Numbered from the stretch's first letter, positions 1 through 10,994 are shown. The stretch is 64,000 nt of DNA from Candidatus Bathyarchaeota archaeon (GCA_963702095.1 OY969706.1:2624001-2688000); one strand, 5' to 3'. Numbers and translations: made by a program. The notes: generated from the letters alone by a model not told the origin.

Positions 1-438
1 AAGATGTTTAGGGTTCATGTTGACGGCTATAATATGCTGCCTTATTTCAAAGGAGAAGCCGATGAAAGCCCTCGAAGGTTCTTCTTCTATATAGACGACG
101 ACGGAAAGCTTGTGGCACTACGATATGACGACTGGAAATTTGTTTTCCAAGAGCAAAGAGCCAAAAAATTAGCGCTGTGGATGGAGCCATTCATCGAGTT
201 GCGTGGCCCAAAAATTTTTAACCTGCGCCGAGACCCCTTTGAACGCGCTGATCACAACTCAAACACGTACTGGGATTGGGTGCTTGACCATGTCTTCTTG
301 ATCGCTGGAACTCAAGCGCTTGTAGCACAGCAGATCGAGTCTTTCAAGGAATTCCCACCTAGGCAAAAACCGTCCGCCTTCAACTTGGATCGGGTGCTGG
401 AGAAGCTGAAGGATTCTTCAGGAGAAGGGATGCATTAG
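1..438 (+). CDS. Arylsulfatase family protein, C-terminal part (5' truncated by window edge)
   Basis: C-terminal sulfatase-type motifs (VDGYNMLPY, RYDDWKFVF, FNLRRDPFERAD); lies directly upstream of a sulfatase maturase. Confidence 0.85.
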   Translation, partial: KMFRVHVDGYNMLPYFKGEADESPRRFFFYIDDDGKLVALRYDDWKFVFQEQRAKKLALWMEPFIELRGPKIFNLRRDPFERADHNSNTYWDWVLDHVFLIAGTQALVAQQIESFKEFPPRQKPSAFNLDRVLEKLKDSSGEGMH

Positions 439-479
439 GCACTCACTCAGCCTTTTTTTAAATAAAGGGTTAAAACCAA

Positions 480-1679
480 ATGAGCAGGGGAGAAGGGCAA
501 AGCATCAAGGCTTTTCATGTTATGGCTAAGCCAACTGGTTCGAGGTGTAATCTTAGCTGTGACTATTGTTTTTTCTTAAAAAAGAAGTACCTTTACCCCC
601 AAAGCGATTTTCAGATGCCCAACAGAGTAATGGAGCGGTATATCCGCCAAACCATCCGAGCGCACAAGATGCCGTATGTAACGATTGCTTGGCAGGGCGG
701 AGAGCCAACGCTTATGGGGATTGATTTTTTTCGGCATGCAACCGAATACATCAAAAAAGTTGCTCGCCCGGGAATGCAGGTAGAGCAGACTTTGCAGACA
801 AACGGAGTTTTAATCAACGATGAGTGGTGCCGTTTTCTGCATGACAACAATTTCCTTGTTGGTTTAAGCCTAGATGGTCCCAGAGAAATGCATGATGCTT
901 ACCGCAAAGACAAAGCGGGACACTCAGTTTTCGACAAAGTAATTCATGCGGCTCGGCTTATGCAGAAGCACTCTGTACAGTTTAACATCCTCTGCACCGT
1001 AAACGCCGTTAACAGTCGGCATCCCTTGGAGGTTTACCGCTTCTTCCGTGACGACTTAAAGACGCCTTATCTGCAGTTTATTCCAATAGTGGAGAGGGAT
1101 AATGAAACCGGAAATCAACAAGGCAACCGCCTCACTGATAGGTCAGTAACTGCAAGCCAATATGGCAAATTTTTGATTGAAATCTTTGACGAATGGATTA
1201 AAAGAGACGTGGGCAGCATTTTTGTTCAGTTTTTTGACGGAGTTTTAGCCTCCTATGTTCGGGGTATTTCGTCTCTTTGTGTTCTTAGCTCAAAATGCGG
1301 CGAAGGAGTCGCTTTGGAACATAACGGCGACGTTTACTGTTGCGATCACTTTGTTGAACCCGACTATTTTTTGGGAAACATCACTAAAACGCCGATTGCC
1401 CAACTCGTTTCAAGCGATAAACAACGTGCATTTGGCAACGCCAAACGGTTAAAGCTGCCCCAATATTGCAAGAGATGCGAGTTCTTGTTTACATGCTATG
1501 GTGAATGCCCCAAGAACCGTGTTCTGAAGACTCCTGATGGCGAAGAAGGGTTGAATTGGCTCTGTGAAGGGCTCAGAGCATTCTTTGGGCATACGAAAAA
1601 GCCTATGCAAGCAATGGCTAAATTACTGCTTGATGGTCGAGAGGCATCAGATATTATGGTCAACTATAATCCACGGTAA
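480..1679 (+). CDS. Anaerobic sulfatase maturase (radical SAM + SPASM domain)
   Basis: FHVMAKPTGSRCNLSCDYC (CxxxCxxC), AWQGGEP, LQTNG, C-terminal Cys-rich SPASM (GDVYCCDHFV, CxxC-x5-C-x3-CPKNR). Confidence 0.95.
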   Translation: MSRGEGQSIKAFHVMAKPTGSRCNLSCDYCFFLKKKYLYPQSDFQMPNRVMERYIRQTIRAHKMPYVTIAWQGGEPTLMGIDFFRHATEYIKKVARPGMQVEQTLQTNGVLINDEWCRFLHDNNFLVGLSLDGPREMHDAYRKDKAGHSVFDKVIHAARLMQKHSVQFNILCTVNAVNSRHPLEVYRFFRDDLKTPYLQFIPIVERDNETGNQQGNRLTDRSVTASQYGKFLIEIFDEWIKRDVGSIFVQFFDGVLASYVRGISSLCVLSSKCGEGVALEHNGDVYCCDHFVEPDYFLGNITKTPIAQLVSSDKQRAFGNAKRLKLPQYCKRCEFLFTCYGECPKNRVLKTPDGEEGLNWLCEGLRAFFGHTKKPMQAMAKLLLDGREASDIMVNYNPR

Positions 1680-2051
1680 AATGGGCTGTGCTTTTGTAGT
1701 CAGTCTTCTTCTAGGTTGAGTAAAAACTCTATTATTTTTCCAAGCTGCTCGGCTGTGGTGCGGTCGAGGGCTTGTTCTTCTTCGATGTTTACTAGCACGT
1801 TATCGGGTTTCATAGTTACGGGTATAGGCTGCTTTTGCTATAACAGTATCTCCAAGGCTTACTTCGAAGTTCGAAGTAGCACCTGTCAGGTGAGTAATCA
1901 ATTTAACAGTAAAATGTAAATCCGAGGGCTTTTTTCAAGCATGGGTTCATGGGCAGTTAACTGGAAAGGTGCAATACACGCTTTTTTCCATGGAAAACAC
2001 TGGTGGCAAAACAGGTAAAAGTTATATGTTAAAACTACACAAGACCTCTCT

Positions 2052-2327
2052 ATGTCAACCAAAGTCCAATGTTGCCACATACTGGTCAAAACCCAAACAG
2101 AAGCCAATGCAGTAAAAGCCCGCCTAGACAAGGGAGAAAAATTCGGCGAAGTCGCCAAACAAGTCTCCCTCTGCCCGTCCGGCAAGAAAGGGGGCGATTT
2201 GGGCTCCTTCACACGGGGTAAGATGGTTAAGGAGTTTGAGAAGGCAGCTTTTACGCTTGAGAAGGGGCAGGTTTCTGCGCCGGTTAAGACGCAGTTTGGG
2301 TATCACATCATTAAGCGTATTGAGTGA
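2052..2327 (+). CDS. ppiC: Parvulin-type peptidyl-prolyl cis-trans isomerase
   Basis: HILVK, SLCPSGKKGGDLG, MVKEFE, VKTQFGYHII motifs. Confidence 0.95.
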   Translation: MSTKVQCCHILVKTQTEANAVKARLDKGEKFGEVAKQVSLCPSGKKGGDLGSFTRGKMVKEFEKAAFTLEKGQVSAPVKTQFGYHIIKRIE

Positions 2328-2472
2328 TTCTTTTTAGCTGCCTTTTCTTGGGGTATGCTTTTTTTTTGGATTTGTTAGTCTGTTTTGCGGTTATTAATTA
2401 TTAAGAAGATATATCTTTAAAAGAAATACTTATATGAACCGCACAAAACATAAATCATAAGAAGGCAAGCCG

Positions 2473-4893
2473 TTGAGCCAAACCAAAACCAAAAAAATCT
2501 CACTCAACATCGGCGGCATGAGCTGCATAAACTGCGCCCGCACCATAGAAAAAGCACTAGGCAAACTAAACGGCGTAACCCATGCCACCGTCAACTTAGC
2601 CGCAGAAAAAGCCCTCATCGACTACGACCCCACCATCATAGACCAAAAAACCATCGAAGCCACCATCAACGAAATCGGCTACCAAGTCATCCATGAAAAG
2701 GTCAGCATCCAAGTAGGCGGCATGACCTGCGTCAACTGCGCCAAAACCATCGAAAAAGTCCTCAACGCCAAGGAGGGCGTCTACAAAGCCGCCGTCAACT
2801 TCGCCGCTGAGAGGGTTTTGGTTGAGTACAATTCTGAGCAAGTCAGTTTGCCCGCAATCAAAAAAGCGATAACTGACGTCGGCTACGAGGTCATCGAGCC
2901 CCAGCAAAAAACCGTGGAGGACGCCGAGAACAAAGCGCGTCAACGGCATGTGCGGCGCTTAAAGGTGCTCTTGGCATCCAGCGTTGCCTTGACTGTTCCG
3001 ATTATTTTGTTGATGTGGTTCCCGATTTTGTCGATGGAGCAGAACAACATTTTGATGTTTATTCTGGCGACCCCGGTGCAGTTCGTGATTGCCTGGACCT
3101 TCTATGTGGGCGCCTACAAGGGATTGCGTAACAAAACCGCCAACATGGACACCCTAATCGCCATGGGCACATCCACCGCCTACATCTACAGCACTGTCGT
3201 CACCTTCGCACCCAGCCTATTCCCCAACACCGCAGTGTTCTTCGACACATCCGCCATGATAATCACCTTCATCTTAACAGGCAAACTGCTTGACGCCATC
3301 GCTAAAGGCAGAACCTCAGAGGCTATCCGCAAAATCATGGGGTTACAAGCCAAAACCGCCCATATCATCCGTGAAGGGGTAGAATCTGAGGTTCCTGTGG
3401 AGGAGGTGCAGGTTGGCGATGTGGTGGTTGTGCGTCCGGGCGAAAAGATTCCTGTGGACGGCAAGGTCATCGAGGGTTACTCGGGTGTGGATGAGAAAGT
3501 CATCACGGGCGAAAGCATCCCGGTTGAGAAGCGCAAGGGTGACGAGGTTATAGGCGCCACCATGAACAAGACTGGAATGCTGAAATTCGAGGCGACTAAA
3601 ATCGGCAAAGACACCGCGTTAGCCCAAATCATAGCTTTAGTTGAGGACGCTTTGAGTTCGAAGGCTCCTGTGCAGAGAATCGCCGACATAGCAGCAGGCT
3701 ACTTTGTTCCCACCATCATATTGACGGCGACTCTGTCGGCGTTTATATGGTACTTCCTTGTCGGTGAAACCTTCATCTTCTCACTCACAGTGTTCATTGC
3801 CGTATTAATTGTCGCTTGTCCCTGTGCCTTGGGGTTGGCGACTCCGACAGCCATAATGGTCGGTGTCGGAAAAGGCGCAGAAAACGGCATCCTAATCAAA
3901 AGCGGCGAAGCATTAGAGACAGCACATAAACTTCGAGCCGTCGTATTCGACAAAACAGGCACCTTAACCAAAGGCGAACCCGAAGTAACCGACATATTAG
4001 CCGACACATCCTTCAGCGAAGAGCAGCTCCTCCAGTACGCGGCTACCGCAGAGAAGAACTCTGAGCATCCCCTAGGAGAAGCCATCGTCAAATTGGCAAC
4101 TGCAAAAGGCATCAACGTTGATTGGCCAGACGATTTCAACGCTATTCCCGGACACGGCGTAGAAGTTAAAATCGGCGGCAAAACCGTTTTGCTGGGCAAC
4201 CGCAAACTCATGGAAACCAACAGCATCGACATAAGCCACCTTGAAGCAAAAATGGCGGAGTTTGAATCTCAAGGCAAAACCGCTATGCTCATGTCAGTTG
4301 AGGGCAAAGCAGCCGGGTTAATCGCTGTCGCTGACACCTTAAAAGAACATTCGATGGAAGCTGTGGCGGCTCTAAAGCAGATGGGACTCGAAGTCATCAT
4401 GTTAACAGGCGACAACCAGCGCACGGCACAGGCGATTGCAAAACAAGCTGGCGTAGACCGCGTGCTCGCCGAAGTGTTGCCCAGCGAAAAAGCCAACGAG
4501 ATCAAGCGGCTTCAGGGCGAGGGCAAAGTTGTGGCGATGGTGGGCGACGGCATAAACGATGCTCCCGCGTTGGCGCAGGCAAACATCGGCATCGCAGTAG
4601 GCAGCGGCACAGACGTAGCCGTAGAAACAGGCGACATAGTGCTCGTTAAAAACGACCTCCGAGACGTAGTTATCGCCATCCAACTCAGCAGAGCCACAAT
4701 GCGCAAAATCCGCCAAAACCTGTTCTGGGCATTCTTCTACAACATTGCGCTTATTCCGTTGGCGGCTGGCGTGTTCTACCCCATCATACATGTGCTGTTT
4801 AACCCCGTCTATGCGGCGGCGGCGATGGCAAGCAGCAGCGTCACCGTGGTAACCAACGCGTCGCTTCTGCGGAGGTTTAAACCAAAACTCTAA
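2473..4893 (+). CDS. copA: Copper-translocating P1B-type ATPase
   Basis: Two HMA domains (GMSCINC, GMTCVNC), [31 protein letters not shown] and MAxSS Cu(I) signatures. Confidence 0.96.
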   Translation: MSQTKTKKISLNIGGMSCINCARTIEKALGKLNGVTHATVNLAAEKALIDYDPTIIDQKTIEATINEIGYQVIHEKVSIQVGGMTCVNCAKTIEKVLNAKEGVYKAAVNFAAERVLVEYNSEQVSLPAIKKAITDVGYEVIEPQQKTVEDAENKARQRHVRRLKVLLASSVALTVPIILLMWFPILSMEQNNILMFILATPVQFVIAWTFYVGAYKGLRNKTANMDTLIAMGTSTAYIYSTVVTFAPSLFPNTAVFFDTSAMIITFILTGKLLDAIAKGRTSEAIRKIMGLQAKTAHIIREGVESEVPVEEVQVGDVVVVRPGEKIPVDGKVIEGYSGVDEKVITGESIPVEKRKGDEVIGATMNKTGMLKFEATKIGKDTALAQIIALVEDALSSKAPVQRIADIAAGYFVPTIILTATLSAFIWYFLVGETFIFSLTVFIAVLIVACPCALGLATPTAIMVGVGKGAENGILIKSGEALETAHKLRAVVFDKTGTLTKGEPEVTDILADTSFSEEQLLQYAATAEKNSEHPLGEAIVKLATAKGINVDWPDDFNAIPGHGVEVKIGGKTVLLGNRKLMETNSIDISHLEAKMAEFESQGKTAMLMSVEGKAAGLIAVADTLKEHSMEAVAALKQMGLEVIMLTGDNQRTAQAIAKQAGVDRVLAEVLPSEKANEIKRLQGEGKVVAMVGDGINDAPALAQANIGIAVGSGTDVAVETGDIVLVKNDLRDVVIAIQLSRATMRKIRQNLFWAFFYNIALIPLAAGVFYPIIHVLFNPVYAAAAMASSSVTVVTNASLLRRFKPKL

Positions 4894-4929
4894 GTAACAC
4901 CAAACGAATGGATAGGGAGGTGAATTGTT

Positions 4930-5169
4930 ATGGCTAAAGATTTAGTTTGCAACATGGATGTAGATGAGAAAACAGCAAAGTGGAAATCAGTTTACAAGGG
5001 CAAAACCTACTATTTCTGTGCTCCAGGCTGCAAGAAAAGCTTCGAAGAAGAACCCGAACTCTACATAAACGCTGAAGCCACAGGGGACCAGCACCACCAG
5101 CATCATCACCACCACGAAGGCGAAGAAATGGGCGAAGGCGACAGCTGCGGATGTGGACACCACCACTAA
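4930..5169 (+). CDS. YHS/TRASH domain metal-binding protein with His/Cys-rich tail
   Basis: DLVCNMDV...YKGKTYYFCAPGCKKSF; tail QHHQHHHHHE...CGCGHHH; GGAGGTG RBS upstream. Confidence 0.9.
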   Translation: MAKDLVCNMDVDEKTAKWKSVYKGKTYYFCAPGCKKSFEEEPELYINAEATGDQHHQHHHHHEGEEMGEGDSCGCGHHH

Positions 5170-5200
5170 ACCAACCCCTAATTTCCTTTTCTTTTGTTTC

Positions 5201-5698
5201 CTATTTTATTTCAAAAGTGCAGTTGCCAGTAGTTTCATAGCCGAATCCTTCCAAACGCACTGTTAAAGTGTAGTTCCCAGTTTCATGTGGTATGATTTGG
5301 TTATCTTTGGATTCAAGCCATGTCCACTGGAGTTGTGTGTTTGAGTCGGCGGGAAACGTTGGTGTCTTTGAAGCGGGAAGATTGATATGAATATCCATGT
5401 CGTCTACTGTGATGCCGTTTTTTGTCACAGTAGTTATTTCATGACTCGGTCGGGCTACAGGCGAGCTTTGACTATTAACCACCACAAAGGTAAAAGTAGC
5501 GTTTTCGCCCTGAAGAAAATACTGCTTATCGGGCGAAACTTGAATTTCAATTGACCAGGGACCGAAATCGCTTGGGAGGCTTTCATAGTACAGCCAGCCA
5601 GCAAAAACCAAAACCGCAGCAAGCATCACAGCCCCAGTCGCTATTAGGTAGCGGCGTTTGTGGCTTTTACGCTTGTAATATGGAGTATCTTCGCCCAA
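5201..5698 (-). CDS. Membrane-anchored hypothetical protein with beta-rich (Ig-like) extracellular domain
   Basis: Basic N-terminus, one hydrophobic helix, DKQYFLQGENATFT...GNYTLTV, several N-x-S/T sequons. Confidence 0.7.
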   Translation of the reverse strand: MGEDTPYYKRKSHKRRYLIATGAVMLAAVLVFAGWLYYESLPSDFGPWSIEIQVSPDKQYFLQGENATFTFVVVNSQSSPVARPSHEITTVTKNGITVDDMDIHINLPASKTPTFPADSNTQLQWTWLESKDNQIIPHETGNYTLTVRLEGFGYETTGNCTFEIK

Positions 5699-5766
5699 GC
5701 TGCCTGCCCTCTTTTGCCAACTGGCAGTATGAAGGGGGAGGGTATAAAAAATTATGGCATAGTGCT

Positions 5767-6411
5767 CTATATTGAACCTAGAAGCACGTGTTCAGCAAAG
5801 AGGTCTTCGTTGAATTCACCCATGAAATCCACCTTGTCGTTTATGACGATTTTTGGGACGCCGATAACGTTGTATTTCGTGGATAAGTCTGGGAATTCGC
5901 CGCTTTCGATTACGTCGGTTTTGATGTTGTCGCATTCGATGGCTAACTTGTGTCCGATGGCGGCGGCGCCGGGGCAGTGGGGGCAGGTGAGGGTGACGAA
6001 GACTTTGATGTTTACCGGTGACTTGACGTCTTTTAGGACGGCTTTGGTTTTTTCGGAGAGGTCAGTTGTGCCCTTTGAGACGTTGACGATGGCTTCTATG
6101 AGGGTTTGGAGTTCGTAGCCATAGGGTATGCCGTAGTATCTTACGCCATAGTCCCGTTTGCCGATGATGGCTAAGGCGGGAATCCTGTCTACGCCGTATT
6201 CTTTGGCTTTGTCTGCGTCTTTGACGAAATCGTAGACTTCAGTGGTGATTTTATCGCTTAAGCCGCCGATTTCTTGGGCTAAACGGCGGGTTTCGTTGCA
6301 GTAGCGGCACTCCATTTCCTGGGTGAACATAACGATTTTTACTGGGTCAACCATTTTGTTCTTGAAATCGTTGCGTAAGAGTTCTTGTTTGTCGGCTGGA
6401 AGTAAACTCAA
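5767..6411 (-). CDS. Protein disulfide oxidoreductase (two thioredoxin folds, AhpF-NTD/PDO type)
   Basis: CRYC and CPHC motifs, GVPKIVIN; probable TTG start at 6411 after GGAGG (ORF track starts at 6432). Confidence 0.9.
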   Translation of the reverse strand: MSLLPADKQELLRNDFKNKMVDPVKIVMFTQEMECRYCNETRRLAQEIGGLSDKITTEVYDFVKDADKAKEYGVDRIPALAIIGKRDYGVRYYGIPYGYELQTLIEAIVNVSKGTTDLSEKTKAVLKDVKSPVNIKVFVTLTCPHCPGAAAIGHKLAIECDNIKTDVIESGEFPDLSTKYNVIGVPKIVINDKVDFMGEFNEDLFAEHVLLGSI

Positions 6412-6559
6412 ATCTTTTCCTCCACAAAACACACTTTTGGCATCTATGACTCTGTGTTTTCCTCCATATAACTTTAAAGCAGCCGAGCCCTTGCAAACGA
6501 AACCATTATAAGAGCACAGGAGTTCCTGTATCTAAGTTAAATTTTGGAGCAGATTTAAA

Positions 6560-7750
6560 ATGGTCAAGGTCACCCTTAAAGACGGAATCTACTGGGTCGG
6601 CGTTATCGACTGGAACATACGTGACTTCCACGACTATGTAACCAGCCGCGGCACCAGCTACAACGCCTACCTAGTTCAAGACGAAAAAACAGCTTTGGTG
6701 GACACCGTGAAAGCGGCGTTCTGCAACGAATTAATCACACACATCTCCGAACTGTCCAGCCTAGAAAAAATTGACTACATAATCGTCAACCACGTGGAGA
6801 TGGATCACTCAAGCAGCCTCCCCATCATCGCTAAACTTGCTAAAAACGCCAAAATCTACGCGACTGCACGGGGCAAAGAAGAACTCATCAAGCACTACGG
6901 CACAGAATTTGAGCGGGTTGAAATTGTGAAATCTGGGGACAAAATTGGTTTGGGCAAGAAAACATTGACGTTCCTCGAAGCCCCGATGCTGCATTGGCCT
7001 GACAGCATGTTCACCTACGTTGTGGAGGATAAAGTGTTGATGCCCAATGACGCGTTTGGTCAGCACCTCGCCAGTTCTGGGCGCTTTGACGATGAAGTGG
7101 ACCATGAAATCCTGATGGAAGAAGCAGTCACCTACTACAGCAACATACTCACACCGATGGCGCCTTTGATTGTTAAGAAAATCCAAGAAGTCGTTGAGAT
7201 GAAGTTGCCAATCGACATCATAGCGCCAAGCCACGGCGTGATTTGGCGCAGAGACCCCATGAAAATCGTCAACGCCTACATGGACTGGTCCACGGGCAAA
7301 ACAGTGAAGCAGAAAGTCTCCATAGTCTTTGACACCATGTGGGATAGCACCAACAAGATGGCAAGGGCAATCGGAGACGGAACCGCCAGCCAAGGCGTCG
7401 AAGTCAAACTCTTCAAACTACGCGCCACTGAAAACACCGACATAGTCACCGAAATCACCGACTCCAAAGTTGTATTGGTCGGTTCGCCAACACTCAACAA
7501 CGGCATGTTCCCCCCAGTAAGCCAATTCTTAACCTACATCACGGGGTTGAAACCTAAGGGCAAGCAGTGGGGTTTCTTTGGCAGCTACGGCTGGGGAGGA
7601 GGCGCCGTCCGAGGCATGGTCAAAATGGCTAAGGAAGCAGGCTTCGACGTGATGGAGCCCAGCATCGAGCTCAAATGGGTTCCAACCGAAGAAGAACTCA
7701 AAAAATGCTTCGACTACGGCGTGCAAATCGCCCAAAAAGCCAAAGCCTAA
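6560..7750 (+). CDS. fprA: Flavodiiron protein FprA (O2/NO reductase)
   Basis: GTSYNAYL, NHVEMDHS, HWPD, NDAFGQH, PSHG; flavodoxin domain GSPT and FGSYGW. Confidence 0.95.
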   Translation: MVKVTLKDGIYWVGVIDWNIRDFHDYVTSRGTSYNAYLVQDEKTALVDTVKAAFCNELITHISELSSLEKIDYIIVNHVEMDHSSSLPIIAKLAKNAKIYATARGKEELIKHYGTEFERVEIVKSGDKIGLGKKTLTFLEAPMLHWPDSMFTYVVEDKVLMPNDAFGQHLASSGRFDDEVDHEILMEEAVTYYSNILTPMAPLIVKKIQEVVEMKLPIDIIAPSHGVIWRRDPMKIVNAYMDWSTGKTVKQKVSIVFDTMWDSTNKMARAIGDGTASQGVEVKLFKLRATENTDIVTEITDSKVVLVGSPTLNNGMFPPVSQFLTYITGLKPKGKQWGFFGSYGWGGGAVRGMVKMAKEAGFDVMEPSIELKWVPTEEELKKCFDYGVQIAQKAKA

Positions 7751-7770
7751 ACCCAACTTTCCTTTTTTAT

Positions 7771-8096
7771 TAGTAGATCAAAATAATTGTTTGTTTGGGG
7801 TTGGTTGCGGTGTGTCTGTTTGTTTAGCCATGCCGTTGCCAGCTTGCATTGTGCTGTTGGTTGCCTCGCTAAAAAAAACAAATGATACATGCATTCACAC
7901 CACATCCCGACCGCCCCTGCATGGAGCCATGTACCCCATGTGGAGAAAAACGCATATACCACACCGAAACAGGCACCAAAAAATGTTACAATCACAAAAA
8001 GCAACCGCACTCAGTTGCAGTCCTGTGGGCAATTCTAAAACTCTCACACTCACATAAAGAGAGAAAAAAACAACAGCAGAAACTTTCGATCTATTG
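7771..8096. mobile_element. MITE-like element, long variant (326 bp)
   Basis: Ends TAGTAGATCAAAA and TTTCGATCTATTG form an imperfect inverted repeat like the other copies; internal 7861-7980 is homologous to the reverse complement of 56281-56395; fills the fprA/pfkB gap. Confidence 0.6.
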
Positions 8097-9008
8097 CTAA
8101 ATAAACTCTAAGTCTTTTTGATAGGGCAAACCTGCTCGAGCACCCATCGCCGTCACGGATTTGGAGGCGACAAAGTTGCCAAGTCTGCCGCATTCAGCGA
8201 GGGTTCTGTTGTGGGTTAAGCCGTAGAGGAACCCTGCGTTAAAGGCGTCTCCTGCGCCTGTCGTGTCGACCACGTTGACTTTGAAGGCTTGTATGGAGAG
8301 TTTTTCTTCTCCGTCCGTGATGTAGCAACCTTTGGCTCCGAGTTTCACGGCGACGACTTTGACGCCGGCACTGAGCAGCAGTTCGGCGCCTTTGGGGACG
8401 TCGGATTCGCCTGTTAAAAGTTCAAGCTCCACTGCGTTTGGCATCATAATGTAGCTGTTCTGGATTATGGGTTCGATAGCGGCAAAACCTTTCTGTGCAT
8501 AGAGTGAGCCAGGGTCGAAGCTAAGTTTGACGCCCTCAGGTAGGAAGCTGAGCAGTTTCTTCTGGGTTCGAAACGATTTCTCCCCGACAAAAGAGGACAG
8601 GTGCAAAAAATCTGTTTGGAAAACATAGTTAGCCTGTAATTCGCGGAATTCGATGCTGTCATTGACGCCTGAATTGATGTAGAGTGCTCGTGCGCCTTTT
8701 TTGTCTACGAATCCGAGGCAGACGCCGCTTTTGCCCTTGGATGCGTGGATAATGCCTTCGGTGTCGACGCCCTCGGTTCTAAAGCAGTCGATTTGGAGTT
8801 GGCCCTGGTGGTCGTCGGCGACTTTGCCGATGAACCCCACTTTGCAGCCCAACCGTGCCAAAGCGACCGTGGTGTTGGCTGCTGAGCCACCGCATGCTTC
8901 GGTGTAGTCATGGATGAAACTCTCTTCTTCAGCGCCCGCTATCTTGTCGACTTTTAGCAGTGTGTCGACGTTGAGTGCTCCGAAACCGATTACGTCAAAT
9001 TTGGTCAT
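8097..9008 (-). CDS. PfkB/ribokinase family carbohydrate or nucleoside kinase
   Basis: GGSAANT and DTTGAGDAFNAG signatures. Confidence 0.93.
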   Translation of the reverse strand: MTKFDVIGFGALNVDTLLKVDKIAGAEEESFIHDYTEACGGSAANTTVALARLGCKVGFIGKVADDHQGQLQIDCFRTEGVDTEGIIHASKGKSGVCLGFVDKKGARALYINSGVNDSIEFRELQANYVFQTDFLHLSSFVGEKSFRTQKKLLSFLPEGVKLSFDPGSLYAQKGFAAIEPIIQNSYIMMPNAVELELLTGESDVPKGAELLLSAGVKVVAVKLGAKGCYITDGEEKLSIQAFKVNVVDTTGAGDAFNAGFLYGLTHNRTLAECGRLGNFVASKSVTAMGARAGLPYQKDLEFI

Positions 9009-9928
9009 TTGAATATCTCGTTTAAGGGGATTTTGTATTGGCCGAGTTTGCCGCCGTAGTTGCCGGCGGATATGCGGACGACGCCTGGGACGTTGATGGA
9101 GGCTTCGATTCCCGCTTTGGTTGCGGCTTTGATTGCATCAACTGAGATGCCGTCGTAGACTATTTCGGCTATATAGTTTACGCCGTCTGGAACCAGCGAT
9201 TGCGTGCCTAATTTGGTTTTCAATGATGGACAGTAGAGTTGGTTAGTTGTTGGCCCAATCTGCGGGTAATGGGTTTGTGGTTTGCTGCCCGCTGAACAAA
9301 TGTCAAAGGTGGTTACTGCACCGTACACTTTATGGATTGCCCTGAGTGCTCTGCCGCCCGCTTCCTTTAGCGCCTCTTTGGTGGTGCACATAAGCCAAAA
9401 GTTGCCACCCATCACTCCGCGGGCATAACCCACGTAGCGTTCGATAACAAAATCGGGAACCATCAAGGGAACAACGATGACTTCTCGGTCATACCGCTTT
9501 TCAACCCATTCATAGCCGTCGCCACAGTGCCCCACACGCTCCATCATGTCCAATTTGCCCTCAGCCCTAGGCATGGCGTCGTAGACGGCGGTGAAGGATT
9601 TAACCAATATGTCTTGGCGGATGCGGTAACTGAGCTCCTTCTCAAATTTTTCGAGGGATTCCTCGAAGGTTTTCTTGGAGCTTATTTCTCCCCACAACTG
9701 CAGGATGGCGCCGACTCTGCCGTCGGGGGTTTCTTTTTCGGTGAGGTAGCGTTCGACGCCGCCTTCTGTTCTGCCGACGACGACTGCGGGGGTTGCGGTT
9801 GAATCCTCCGCTGCTTTGCGCACGGTTTCTTGGTCGTCTGCGGTTACTATTAGGCGGCAGAAGATGCCGGCGAATGCTTCAATGAATGTATCATCAATTC
9901 TTTGGTCCATTTTATCCAAGTCTCCCAA
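9005..9928 (-). CDS. ftr: Formylmethanofuran:tetrahydromethanopterin formyltransferase family protein
   Basis: IDDTFIEAF, EGGVER...ETPDGRVGA, GDGYE, GGNFW, SAGSK, ISAGNYGGKLG. Confidence 0.88.
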   Translation of the reverse strand: MGDLDKMDQRIDDTFIEAFAGIFCRLIVTADDQETVRKAAEDSTATPAVVVGRTEGGVERYLTEKETPDGRVGAILQLWGEISSKKTFEESLEKFEKELSYRIRQDILVKSFTAVYDAMPRAEGKLDMMERVGHCGDGYEWVEKRYDREVIVVPLMVPDFVIERYVGYARGVMGGNFWLMCTTKEALKEAGGRALRAIHKVYGAVTTFDICSAGSKPQTHYPQIGPTTNQLYCPSLKTKLGTQSLVPDGVNYIAEIVYDGISVDAIKAATKAGIEASINVPGVVRISAGNYGGKLGQYKIPLNEIFK

Positions 9929-10994
9929 TAGCTACTCCTCTAACGTTTTTGCGGAACTCTGCGCTCTCTTTTATGAGTGCATCCACGTTTCTCAGGGATA
10001 CTAATTCCACCCGTGGAAGCGCACCGGGGTACAATGCGTAGAGCCGCTTTAATAAATCGATGTTTACTCCGCTTTGCTCCACTGCGGATTTGCACCAGTA
10101 TGAGAGGGCTTTGAGGGCTTGATTTTTGCCTAATCTGCAGAATCTGTCGGCAAGCACAGCAACTACCAAGTTGCCCTCTGCCATAACTGCGACGTCGGCG
10201 TTGCGGACGGCGTAGCTGTTGCCATTGAAAGACACCGCTAACCCGCCGAATTCACGGACAAGTTTGAAGGCTTCTACGTCGGTGATGCTGTCGCCGATGT
10301 AGATGACCTCTGAAATTTTCACGCCTAACCGACCTGTAGCGTCGCGGATAGCTTCTGCTTTTTGTTCCCCGCCGACTGTCGTCACCTCAGTCAACAGCTT
10401 ACCTGCACCCATACCAGGAAGTTCTTTATTGAAAATTTCGTTTAGACGCTGGATTACGGCTTGGTCTGCAACTGAGAAGTCAGCCACTGCCTTTGCACCC
10501 ACTGGAATTTCTATTAGGCGCATTTCTGCGATTTCTGCTGCAAGCTGCTTTAGGCGTTCCTTCTCTTCTTGGGTTACGGTGTAGTTGTCGAGTTTGACTT
10601 TGGTGCAGTAAGTGTGGTCAACGGGGAAATCGATGGATTTACACAGTGCCTTGATGTAGTGCTCGTAGCTTGTGCTGACGATGAACACTTCGGCACACTG
10701 CTGAATGTAACCGAGTGTGTCAAGTGTCTGGGGAAGTAGGAGGATGTTTTGGGCTGAGAAATCTTCCATTTGTTTGTCGGTGACATCGTAGGCTTTAAAG
10801 AAGGGCAGAATCAGCTTCAGTGTGCTGCCAGCAGTGTAGCCGGGTTTATGGAGGACATCTGCTAAGACGTCGTCGTACTTGCTGATGTTTATGAAGAGTT
10901 TGTCTCCGTTGGGGATAAAGTGGCTGCAGAGTTCGTAGGCATTGTCGTTTTTTGCTATTGGACCTTCGCAATCTGAGACAACTATTCGCTTCAT
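9912..10994 (-). CDS. HAD-superfamily hydrolase (EhaR/COG4030-like)
   Basis: SDCEGP motif I, VSTSY motif II, YIGDSITD motif IV, AVSFNGN. Confidence 0.8.
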   Translation of the reverse strand: MKRIVVSDCEGPIAKNDNAYELCSHFIPNGDKLFINISKYDDVLADVLHKPGYTAGSTLKLILPFFKAYDVTDKQMEDFSAQNILLLPQTLDTLGYIQQCAEVFIVSTSYEHYIKALCKSIDFPVDHTYCTKVKLDNYTVTQEEKERLKQLAAEIAEMRLIEIPVGAKAVADFSVADQAVIQRLNEIFNKELPGMGAGKLLTEVTTVGGEQKAEAIRDATGRLGVKISEVIYIGDSITDVEAFKLVREFGGLAVSFNGNSYAVRNADVAVMAEGNLVVAVLADRFCRLGKNQALKALSYWCKSAVEQSGVNIDLLKRLYALYPGALPRVELVSLRNVDALIKESAEFRKNVRGVAIGRLG

